From positions 255,564,001 through 255,628,000 of the forward strand of contig NC_067403.1 of assembly GCF_016432865.1 (NCBI RefSeq): a stretch of DNA of 64,000 nucleotides, written 5' to 3'. The DNA is from Antechinus flavipes. Lineage: Eukaryota. Positions 40,650-51,949 of this stretch are shown here, piece by piece; position 1 is the stretch's first letter, and each line of letters begins with the position of its first letter. The notes beneath the pieces are model-generated. The model ran no database searches, was not told the origin of the DNA, and saw only the letters and a program-made list of their open reading frames with translations. A program made the position numbers and the translations under genes.

Positions 40650-41800
40650 TCTCAGTCCTTTTTGAAATCTAACCTTAGTTTTTTTTTACTCAACTAATTC
40701 TTCCCTTAACCTCCTTCCCTCTTATCTCCTCTTTCCTTCCTGTTTTTCTACTGAATGAAATATATCTTCCCACCCAACTGTATATTTTTCTCTCCTCTAA
40801 CCAATTTGGGGTGAGGTTCAAGTGTTGCCTATTCCCCACTCCTCCCAACTCACTCATTTCTAAAGATAAATTCCCAGTGTGAGATAATTTTCCCATCTTC
40901 CTATTCCAACCTCCTCTACACTGTCCGTTCCTCTCCCTTTCAATTTTTTTTCTTAAAGACCAAGAACAGCAAAATCATTCTAGGCCTTCTAATTAGACTC
41001 TGAATTGAGACATCCAATTGAGAATTGATACACATCGAGAATGCAAGTGTTTATCTCTTCAATTCCTTATGATGGCTCACTTATATTCACATATTTGTTT
41101 CTCATGAGGATTTTGCTTGTATTTCAAAGTTTCTTCTTGGTGAGGTCTTTTAATCAGAAATGCTCAGAAATCCTTTATCTCATCAGTTGTTTCATTAACG
41201 ATCCAGTCCTCCTCCCTCCCCACAGCTTCACTAAGATTATACTGTTTTGTTAGGTAATTATTCTTGGTTGTTGTAAGTCTAGATTTCACCTCTTGGAATA
41301 TTTTCCAAGCTCTCTGCCCCTTAAAATCTATGATTACCAAATCTTTTGTGACCTTCCTTGTCTCCTGGATATCTGAATTGATCCTTTCTTGAGATATTTT
41401 CTTCTCTGATTTGGAAGCTGTCTTGGTTTTGGCTGCAATATCTTTAGAAATTTTCAATTTCAATCCCTAGAAACTTCATGCAGAATTTCCTTCCAGGAAG
41501 TAGCCTATCGTTTCTTTCTAAGTTTACTTTGTCCTCTGGCTCTAAGAGATCTGGGAAGTTTTCTTTCATTTCTGAAATTGGATGTCTACATTTATAATTT
41601 TGGTCATGACTTTAAATGATCTCTCATCAATGTTTTCCAGGTCAGTAAGGCAAAAGGATAAATTTACCCAGCCAATGAAGAACATTCTGTACATATTGTA
41701 CAGAATATCCTCCTGTTGGCCAAGAAAACAAAATTTCACTAGTTCTGCTTTTTCCTCTGTGGTCAATTTTAATCATCTCATCCATCCTCAGTAGCTATTA
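40650..41800 (-). mobile_element. Degraded L1 fragment (ORF1 C-terminal region)
   Basis: ORF 41164-41463 contains IQETRKVTKDLVIIDFKGQRAWKIFQEVK, which resembles L1 ORF1 IRITQDLAASTLKDRRAWNMIFQRAK. Confidence 0.7.
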
Positions 41801-44800
41801 TCTGATCTCTTCTATTCTCCTATGTTCCCCAGTGCAGCTGAAAATAATCCTTCAGTTATCCTTAGTTCTCTGCTCTTAACACCTTATGACAATTATTTGT
41901 ACATGATTGTTCCAGGCCTTTTTACTTATCCCCCAGTACCTACCATGACTCCCATCTTTTGTGCAAGTAGTTTTAAAAATTGGACTTTATAAGTTTAGTT
42001 GAGACCCTTCCTTTCATTCCTTTTGTTTACCCAACCCTGTGGAACCTTTGGAAAATAACCAAGGACTAGAAGTGAAGGCAACCTGCTCCCTGACATGAAG
42101 TCTATGTTATTTTTCTCTTAGTCAGTTCTCCTCCCTATCCATTCTGTTCATGAGGTCACTCTGCTGTGGATCATGGCGCGCCACACGATCCAAGGAAGCA
42201 GACAGTGGGGGTGACCAAAGGAGAGGGAGCAGCCACATGAATGTTTCGAGGAGGGGGACGACGACTGGTCCCATTGTTCTTGTTCCACGGATGGCTGAGG
42301 GATCTGGTGCAAACAGAGATGATCCAGAGATCAAAATGGTCAATATTAAGTAGATAGAGGAAGACAGGGAAACTAAGACACTGCCGGTGGAACGGTGCCT
42401 TGGTCCAAATCTCAACCTGGAATGAGGCTTTCCAAAGCTATGAAATGGCACATACCTGCTGACTCAAAGTGAAATAATGAGAGCTATTAACCGTTAGGCA
42501 AGCAGGGACGATGAATGGAGAACGAATGGCAGAACAGTGTTTGTATAATGGAAATATTGCAGGGCTCCGAGGTACGATGACTTTGATGCGTTCTGAGACA
42601 CTTATAAAGACGTCTGACACTGAGCAAAGTTAGGGGCACATTCACACAATAACCACAGTCATCTGAGAATGCAAAAATAAATTCTGACCTGCAACCATGG
42701 ACCCCATGCAATTCTGGATGTACAGTGAGTCTTCTAAATACAGAAAGCCCTTAAACACTGGTCCTACTATTGTTGCTCAGGAGACTGGGTTGGTTCTCTA
42801 ACAAATTTCAGTGATTCCAAATTTCTCCCTGCCCTAGCAAAACATCTCTTTTAACAGCCATACTACTCTTAAGAGTGATACGGATTTGGGAACACAAAGA
42901 ACTCGGAAAACTCCTAATGATAAATGTTCTAATGGGAAAAGGGGTCTCCAAACTGACCTCCGGGCCGTTCCTCTTACAGGGTACTCCATCTCCTATTTCC
43001 ATGTCTTTGTCCTGCCTGTGCTTGCCTGCCTGGAATTCGCTCTCTATTTACCTCTGCCTATAGAATCTCCAGCTTCCTTCAAGTATTAGCTGAAGGCAGC
43101 GACATGAGCTCTTCCCAAATGGCCCCAACTACCAGAGCCCTCTCCTGAAAAATTATTTTATACTTTATTTTTACATACCTGTGTCCATTCTGTCTCTCCC
43201 CAACAACCTCCAAGGAAGGAGGAATCCTCAGAGATTGTTCAATTTTGTCTTTGTATTCAATCAATTAATCAATCAGCATTAACTTTCTAAAATAATAGAA
43301 AACCAGTCCCTGCCTCAGAGAAGCCTCCATTCTAATGGGGGAACAACATCGATCTGAGTATATGCAGAACACACACAAGGAACAGAGGGGAGTGTGGGAA
43401 CGGGGGTGCTGGTGGCTGGGAGATCAGGAAAGGTTTTGTGGACAAGGTGAGGCTCCAGGTGCACTTGAAAGGACCAAGGATTCTAAAAAAGGCCCTGACA
43501 CAGGGCTTGGTAAATGGTAAGCCTTTGGTGGAAGACTATTGAATTGCTCCCTTCTCCAAGTCCACGGACCCTTTCCTTGTGATAAAAATGAGCAAATCCA
43601 AGAGCCACCATTCTGCCTCTGTAGTTCTCCCCAGGAAGTGGGGGTATGGGTGTCCTGCTTCCTCATCGGACCATCAAGTCTAAAACTAGTCACTGAAATG
43701 AGTCTGGGTCTGGCTCTTTCTGCGTGTAGTGTTCTCCTTCACCAGAGGGAAACCGAATATTCTGAAAATGTCGGCCTTCCTGTCCAAAGCACCTTCTTCT
43801 CACTTTCTTGTAGGGGTCGGTGTTCCCAGAGCTCTAGCTGAGGTGACCTGAACTAAAGAGGATGAAGCACCTAGGGATTTCTCCTAGGTGAGAAGGCAAT
43901 GCCTTGTGGGAGGGCAGTGAACCAGGCGCATCCTAAAGGCACCCCCGTCATGGGGAGGGGTCTCCTGAGTAAAGTGTGAATGAATTTTGGGAGGGTGATG
44001 AGGAGCTGAGGATTATCCACAAACCTAAGTAATTCAGAATTCTTGCGGCCCACTCTTCCAGCAAGCTGAGCCAACCTCAAGACCAGAAACATTCAACAAG
44101 GTCCATCGGAATCAAGGCAGAGACCAAGAACTGTATGAGAGCAGGGTGAACAGCCCATCACATCCCACTGAGATACCAACCCTCCCTCAAACCCACTATT
44201 AACCCCCCGCAGATTGAAGTGGAAGGGACCTCAGAAATCACCCAGCCCAACCCCTTAATTCTGGGGGGTGGAGTGTGTGTAAAATTATTTTTATTGACAT
44301 CTTTTGTTTTTACATCATCATTTCTGAACACGTCCCTCCCCTCTCCTGAACTCAGGAAACCATCCCTCACAACCAACATTTCAGGCCAGCACGCCAGCCA
44401 CCGCACAACAGAGCACGCCAGGTTTCCGTTCCAGTTTCCTAAACCTCTTCCAATAAAGGAGGGAGTTGCATTTGCTCCACTCTTCTATGGGGCGGTCACT
44501 GTCAGTACAAGCTTCCAGTTCCTTTTTGAAGGTTTTTCTAGGAATATTTTTGTAGCCATTCTTGATTATTATCCTATTTTGTGCTAAATGCTGGGGATGC
44601 AAAACCATCTGTGTCCCCACCCAAGGACCTTACAATTCTATTGCCAATCGTCCAGCTCCCTCACTTTACAGATGAAGAAACTGAGGATCAGGGTCACATG
44701 GTTACTGGGTGTCTCGGGCGGCACTTGAGCCCAAATCTTCAGGCTTTAGAGATTCCGGGGTCAAGTGCTAGAAAACGGGAAAACAAAGACAAAAGGCCCC

Positions 44801-45429
44801 AGCACTGGCTGCCCATGCTCCGGGGAAGGGATGCGGGTACACACACAGTGAGGGGACACAGTGGGCGTACACGGTGAGCCAGGGAAAGCCAGCCCGGGAG
44901 CCGCAGATCCCAGGTCTGGGAAGCTGCCACACACCTCCTGCGGGAGGCCTGGGCTGCTCTGGGATATCTCTGGCTGTGTTCTGCCGCCTGGGACTGAGCA
45001 GAACCAGGTGAAGCCCCCTTTTCCCTGGAGAGCCCCCGTCAAATATGCCCGTTCCATGGACAGAGCCCACCTAAAGCTTCCGGCACCCCCACGGCCTCGG
45101 AGCAGCCACCACTCTGCACAAGGGGAGCCAGAGGAGGGCTTGGAGTCATTAGCGGCCAAAGTCAGAGTGCGCTGGTGCCATTCCCGGCTGGGCGGCAGCT
45201 CCCTCCTGACATCACCAGGGGGGCCCCATATTCTGCCCCTTCTAGAGAAGCCTCGGAAAGATTCTTTCTGGGGTTTGACCCTATCCTCTGGCTCCAGATC
45301 AAGGGCTCAGAAGTCATGAGCCAAAGGGTTGGTGACGCTGCTGCTGGGTAGGACACGGCAAGTCTGGGAGCTGGGGGTGCACAGGGGGCTGGGGAGGGTA
45401 GGGGATGACCAGCAGTGGGGAGGGGGGGG

Positions 45430-45680
45430 TCAGGGAAGGAAAAAGAGGAGCTCGAGGAAACGAAGGGGAGAGAAACAGGGAAGGACAGAGGGACGAGAAG
45501 GAAAAAAGGAGAAAACAGGGCTAGAAAGGCAAGGGGGCAAAGAAAAAAGCAGAAAGCGGAAAACAACAGAAAACAGGGGAGAGGAAAATGAAGTAGGAAG
45601 AAAGGAGGAAAAGAGAAGATGGAATTGAGGAGGAAGGAGGAAAAAGCGGAAGAAAGCAGGGATGGAAGACGGAGAGGAGG
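45430..45680 (+). repeat. Purine-rich (GA) low-complexity tract, with a paralogous tract at 57520-57710
   Basis: Almost pure A/G, immediately on the intron side of the putative exon 1 donor in both duplicated units. Confidence 0.85.
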
Positions 45681-45720
45681 AGGGCAGAGGCTAGGCCTCC
45701 CGCCGAGCGCCCGCACTCAC

Positions 45721-46400
45721 CCGCAGCCCGGGGGTCCCGAGCTCGCGCTGATCCCGGTCGGCGGCGGCTCCAGCGGCGGGTCCTCCGCCAGCTCATTAGG
45801 CTACACTCCCTCCGCGCCGGAAATGCGGGCGGGGGACACGTAACTTCCGGACCCAGGGCTCTCGCGCGCTCTCTTTCTCTCTCCCCCCTTCACCCGCAGG
45901 GCCCTCGGACACAAGTACGCGGCAGCGGGGGCGGAACGAGTGCCCCGTGCACACACAGAACGTGCCACCAGGAATGGGAGGCCGAGGCTGGCGAGCCCCG
46001 CAGCACCTCGAGCTTTAGCGAGCGCCGCTTCCCGCTGGGAAACTGTGCGTCGTCAGCCTCGCCCCCCATAGTCCGCGGGGCGAGACGTCCCGAGAGCTCC
46101 CTTTGGATTGGTCTAGAAAGAACCGTGCGGACCAATCAGCAGGTAGAGATAGCCTAGCCAATGGCGACAGCGGGCCTCGGCAGGCTGTTGCTACGGCGAC
46201 GGGACTCTGGCTGGGACGGGGAGGGATGGAGCCTAGGCCAAGGCCGAACCTGGAGAATAATTAATGAACGCCAGCCCTAGGCTGTGTGGGCCGAGGGGAG
46301 AAGGCTGCGGGCAGGGCACCGCCACCCGGGAGTCCCTCCTCCGTAACCAAGCCGTTGCTAAGGCTCGTGGATTTCATCTTTGCAACAGCTCTCAGACACG
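45721..46400 (-). promoter_or_regulatory. CpG-island promoter and exon 1 paralogous to SYVN1's (copy B)
   Basis: Exon end gcgagctcgggacccccgggctgcgg|gtgagtg versus SYVN1 gcgagctcgggggccccgagctcccg|gtgagtg. ETS pair at 45817-45824 and 45843-45850. CCAAT boxes at 46107-46111, 46132-46136 and 46158-46162. X-box-like GTTGCTACGGCGAC at 46187-46200. Confidence 0.75.
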
Positions 46401-47911
46401 CCCCCTTCTCTCCCTCCCCTTGCCGCAGGCCCTCGCGGCCCTAGGAGGTGACTCGCCGGAGGCCGGGACAGGCCTTCCTCCAGCTTTCTCCGACCCATCC
46501 TCCCCTCAGCCACTAACGCCCTGTCCCTCCGCTACTTAATAAACACCGTGTGGCCTCCGGGATCAAATACAAAACGCCGCTTGGCGTTCGAAGCCCCTGG
46601 TACCCCAGCCCCCTCGCCGTGCCGTTCTTGCACCTTTCTTCCTTTGCACTTGGGTGATCCCGGCCTCCTGGCTGTTCCAGGAAAACACTCCATTTCCCAA
46701 CCCTGGGCATCCTCTCCGGTTGTCTCATGAAAGCAATCACCTCCCTCCTCAGCTCCAACTACAGACCCCTCCCTTCCCCCTTCAAGTCCCAGATAAAAGC
46801 AAAGCTAGGAAGCATCTCCCCCTCCGCCTTAGCCTACAGAGCTTCCTTTTTTGAGCTCCGCTTTATCTTGTCTAGCTCTCATTTGTACGGGGCTGTTGAT
46901 CAGGGTCTTCCCCATTAGAATCTAAGCTCCTTGGAAGCAGGGACTTGAGTTTTCTGTCAACAGTGTCTGCGACTGCCTGGAAGAGTGGATGCTTAAGACT
47001 TGTTGCCTGGTGCTGCAGTCTTGCTCTGCTCTGTTGCCCCTAAGTTGGGTGACCTTGGATTAGGGGCATCTCCTCCCTGGGCTACAGGGCGTCTGTGCCA
47101 TGTCTTCCAGGGGCCTTTCTCTTTCCTGGTCTCTGCCTCTGCTCATGTCCCCAGCACCCCCTCTAACAAGGAAACAAGGGGCTGGCACCTTTCAGTGGCT
47201 AAGCATCTCTGGGACATGCCAGGTGAGATGGAGGAGTTAAAGGCCCGAATGCTCAGAACCAAGGGAAAGGTTTGCCCAAGTGGGAAGAACTGCTGCCCCC
47301 TGAGGTGCAGCTGCCAGGACCTTCCCCACACAGGTGTGGCAATGCCAACTTAGGGGTCTTCGGATGAAGGCCGGAAATCTAGACTGTCTATATCACTTCA
47401 GTCCATGGTTCTAGCAAGCAGCTGATCGGATTCTGAATGATGGGGGCTCCTGGGGAACCTATGGAATGACGTGATATGATACATCTGAGTATAGCGTACA
47501 GCTCTCCATTTAGCTCTGCCATCCTTTCTCGGCCTGATTTTATTTATAGGAAGATTGTCAAAATTGATAGGATTCGAGGCCTCCATCAATATGTCATCTT
47601 TTGATCAATGAAAAAATATTCCACGTTTGGATTGCCAACGATCAAAAATATCCCATCGGTCTAAAACCTGAGGTTTTTTTGTTTTTGCACTGTCTCGTCT
47701 TTGCCCGTGACCTCCCTGGCAACCAGTAGATTTGTACAAATGATTATCTTCATTAAGTCACTTTGCATCTTGGCAGGGTGACCCAAGGCAAGACTTTAGC
47801 CTCTGCTTGCTGCCATTTCCTCATCCACAAAAAGGGTGGTTTTAAGGACTGAGTCAGGCACCGGTAAAGGGTTTTGCAAATGTTGAAGTACTTTATACAC
47901 TAGCTACGATC

Positions 47912-47955
47912 ATGATGATGATGATGATGATGATGATGACGGTGACGATGATGAT
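47912..47955. repeat. (ATG)n microsatellite, with an imperfect (CA)n tract at 48140-48195
   Basis: Read directly from the sequence. Confidence 0.9.
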
Positions 47956-49699
47956 GGTCTCAAGGCCCTTCCCCATCTCAGTTGCCTTTTTCTCGACACT
48001 TTCACTTTATCAATGTCTTCATTTTAGAAAAATGTTTTATTGATGTTCTTTTTACACAAAGCTGTGACTGAGCAAAGATCCTTTTCTCTCACTTCTAAGT
48101 AAAATGACACTGGACAATTCAGACTGTCTGAAGAGTGTGATCACACACACTCACACACACACACATACACTCACGCACACACACGCACGCACACCCCATC
48201 CCGTTGCAATGGGAGCATGTTTCCTCACTGGTCACTGCTAACAGCAACCCCACAGCATGCAGCCCAGCACCGCTAGACACGGTCCTGCAGACGGCTCAGG
48301 ACACGGGCTGGGGCCATCCTCTGCCTCGCCCTGGACTGTCTCCTGCTCCGGCCACATCACGTGGTCATCCACGATCGGCCTGGCCGGCCACTTCACCCCC
48401 TAGTCCTTTCCCAGAAGCAGCACTGTCCTGCTCCCCAGCCTCTCCCCGTGGTGTACATGTGAGGCTTGTAGCTTCCTTACAAGTCTGTCTTCTCCTGTCC
48501 CTCTCAAATCCATCCTTCCAACAAGGCCCGGTGAAATCGCCCCTCTGCAGAGAGCTGGGCCAAAGCCTTTGGGGGTCTCCTCCTGTGCTCTTAGTCAAAT
48601 TCTAGCTCCTCTGCAGGGGCCTGCACCATGTGACTGCTCGGGCAAGCTCAGCCCTCCTCCCAACACTGGCCACCACCAACCTGCAGGCCTTTATGGCTCA
48701 CTAGTCCCTCAGCACAACATGTTCCTCCTCATCAACTAACGCCCAACTTTAAAGCCCCTTTCCTCAAGAAACCTTTCTGGAAACCCTGTCTGTAAATGGG
48801 CTCCACTCCTTCGGATCAACCGAAGGGCTTTCCAGGGATCTTCCCAATGCACTTAGCAGGTATCGGCAGGTTTTCCAGGCCTCCTCTGAGCCCATGTCAG
48901 ACCTGAGTAATCTGGACTGGGGCTGAGCTGGCCTGTTTCACTCCTTCCATCTGGTTGCTCCCTCTTTTCATTATCTTGCTAATTGGGCGCTAACTCAGTG
49001 ATTTCTGCTGGGCAGAAGGACAATCACATCCTCTAAACTGCCTCCATCTTGGCCCAAGTCCCATTTGCCATACCCTAGTCCTGGCTCTGTCTTATTCCCC
49101 ATTAGGACAGCAGCTCCTTGAGGCGGGGGAACCTGCTCTAGGAACTGAACGGGCTTGGAGTCAGAAGACCTGGGCTCAAGTACCCTCCTGGAGCCTTCCT
49201 GAATAGGAGAGCACAGGTTAAGTCACTTCCTCGCAGAGCCTCAGCTTCCTCCTCTGACAAGCCCCTCGTCAAAGGACCAGATCCTCAGGGACCAGATCTG
49301 GACCCCCTCCCCTCCCTCAAAAAAAAAAAAAAAAAAAAAAAGCTGGTTTTGCCCCTGCATAATTAGGGGCCAGATCACCCACAGCAGACCCAGGAGCCCT
49401 GGGATGGGCTCCCAGGGCCAAGGGAACTATAAGTGGCCCAGTAGTCTCCATAATCTACTTCTCGTAGTTGATACTATAAAAGGAATGGGAGTGTGTGGGC
49501 TTTTCTCCCACACTCCTTCCCTCCTGGATTTGCTTCAAGGCCTGCCTTCCCTTTATCTCACGTCAACAAACTCAACAGATGGACTGTACAACAGGAATAC
49601 ACAGCCCTTCTATAGCACTCCCAGGCTTGCCATCGCTCACTTGGACTGTTGCAATAACAATGATAACAGCCAGCAGGTATGTTCTACTGGAAAAATCTC

Positions 49700-50640
49700 A
49701 CCAAAACACACAGGAGCTATGTGAACATAAACAAAGTCAGGTTTAAATAAGAGGGAAAATATTCATTAGTCATGGTCAGGTAAAGTCAATAGAACAAATA
49801 ATATTCATTTTACCTCACGTCTATAAATTGTTTTGAGTTAGGAGAAATAACAAAATCCTGTTGGAAGAACAAAAGGTCACAAATTTCAAAGAAACTAAAG
49901 GGGGAAATGTAAAGGACCGAGAGACGGCAATACCAGACCTTAAACTGTTTTATAAGGAGAGAAGAGGAAAATGTTGAAGTAAAAAATAATTCGGATTATT
50001 TTAAATCATTTCTTGGATTAAAATAATGTTGTCAAGATTAGAAGGAAAGCAAAACACTGGGAAAAAACCTTCCAGATTCCAATCCATATGATCGTGATGG
50101 AATACTACTGTGATATAAGAAACAATGGGCCAACGACTGATCTAGAAAGACTTGGACTAGGAAGGAAGATGCTATCCACCTTCAGAGAAAGAACTGACAA
50201 ATAGAACCAGGCATAGTGTGGTCTGTGTGTGTTGATAGATATACACGTGGATATACATTAAATGGGCATGGGGGGAGAAAGGGAGGAAAAAAATGAGCAG
50301 AGCAGAGAACAAAAGAAAAGCGCAGAAAAGGTAGATTCCCTTAAAAACAGTGGAAGATTTATTAATAGGTTTTTGTGAAACAAAAATGGTGCTATATTGA
50401 ATCTTTTAAGTGCTACTGTGTATATGGCAATGTTCTTTTGTTCCCCCCATTTTCTCTTTTTGTAGTCAAGTTTGAAATAAAAATAAAAGCGTCATTACAT
50501 TAGATCCTTACAACCACCCTAGTGGTAGGTACTACTATTATCCCCATTTTGCAGTTGAGGAAACTGAGGTCAATAGAGATTTGCTCAGAGCTTTAAGTCT
50601 CCAAGGCAGGATTCAAACTCAGCTCTTGTGACTGGAGACT
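49700..50640. mobile_element. Degraded L1 3' fragments followed by a MIR
   Basis: atggaatactactgtgatataagaaa matches the L1 ORF2 end. A MIR core tatccccattttgcagttgaggaaactgagg lies at about 50540-50570. Confidence 0.6.
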
Positions 50641-51949
50641 TCAGGTCTGGCTTTGGCCTCCCTCGCTGCCTGTAGCCACATGGACCTCCTAAAGGTTCTG
50701 GCCTCCTGTTTCACTGCACTATCGCCCATTCTCTAACCAGAAATAACGTTCCTCATGCTCGGGTCTGAGGTGAGCACAAACTCCCATAAGGCACTGACAG
50801 TTCTGTCCAACCTGGCAGATCCCTTCCTGCCCCTCGCCCTCCATGAGTTGCACAGTCCAGCTCCTGCTATTTCTCCCACAAGAGGCTCCATCTCTCACCT
50901 CCAGATCTTTGCCCTCACTGTCTTAGGAAGACCCGGCTTTCTTTCCCTTCTGTGGGAGGATGCTTCTACCCTCCCTCCGACTGCTAGTTCTTCCTCTAAA
51001 GTTACCAGAATCTCTCTGGGTCTGTGCCCTGCAAAGGCACCGGGCTACTTTGTCCCTAAAATGAAGGTAAGAGGATTGGACAGTGGCCTGGGGCAGGGTC
51101 ACGTGGGTTCTATCCCCCAGATCCCCGCGCGGTCACAGGAGCCGGCACACGGAGCCTGGCTCTCATCCGCAGGCCTGGGGACCTGTCTGCCCTTGTGGCT
51201 GTTGGTCTATGAAAGCATCTCAGTGGGACAGAAAAGTCCTAGAGAAGAGGGGCGATCCACCCAAGAAACATGATGTGGGCCACGCAGCCTGAGGCCCGGC
51301 CTTCACAGGCAGGCTCACTCACGTGTCACATGAGTGAGGAGTGGGGCTGACGGGGGCACGGCTGGCAATCCTGGCAAAGGGAGCTGCGGTAGGAGAGTGA
51401 GGGGAACTGGGAACATGCCACAGGAGCAGCAGCCCCTGGCCTCCCTCATGGAGCTGGGGATCTGCCACCGAGAAACTAGGAAGGCCTGAGGAGACACAAG
51501 CCACGGCCGCTGAAGGGAGGTCCCGCGGGACTGACAGGGACTCCACCAGCCTCCACAACCGGGGGCTGCCTCAGCTGGGCAAAGCCCCTCCACACAACGG
51601 TGGGAACTGTCCTTTGTCCCTCTGGATGTGGCTAAGGTGGCTAATTGGACCCAACGAGCGCTGCTCCTTCTGAAGCTAGCTCCTAACTGATTCCCAAGGC
51701 CTGGGTCTGGCACGGTAAACTGGATCCATGTCATTTCACCACCCTCCTCCTCTCCCACCTCCAACCCTTCCAATCAAGGATCAGCTCCAAGCGGGGAAAT
51801 TAAGATTCCATTTTCTGGGGGAAGTCCCAGCTTGGGGGGGGGGTCACTAGTCGGCGTACAGTTGAGGGCAGAACCAGTGACGAAGGAGGGGGATCAGCCA
51901 GTGTCAGTGCAGTCTAGGCGGTGGAAGGAGGCATGAGGGCCCAGCAGAG

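Larger units (their letters stand above)
38620..47350. repeat. Segmental duplication unit B (paralogous to 47400-59310)
   Basis: Collinear shared blocks (B/C): 38742-38779/47499-47532; 39947-40148/48466-48659 (24-bp exact start); 42241-42278/54456-54499; 43250-43335/55840-55930; 43594-43623/55936-55965 (30 bp exact); 43700-43990/56050-56480; 45720-47346/57800-59308. Confidence 0.8.

Noticed and set aside
42270-42440. Short matches to viral or retrotransposon proteins (GWLRDL, bornavirus G; NLE*GFPKL, filovirus NP; TLPVERCLG, BEL/Pao)
   Set aside because: Each is under 10 aa, they are mutually inconsistent, and none extends. They are compatible with chance.
43590-43625. AEWWLLD reading resembling a KRAB-A motif in the duplicated units
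   Set aside because: No flanking VTF.DVAV or LY..VMLENY, no C2H2 finger exon anywhere, and the frame closes quickly.
45162-45716. ORFs of 99-184 aa over the GA-rich tracts (also 57433-57882)
   Set aside because: Low-complexity translations (poly-F/L/S or poly-E/K/R) of purine tracts.
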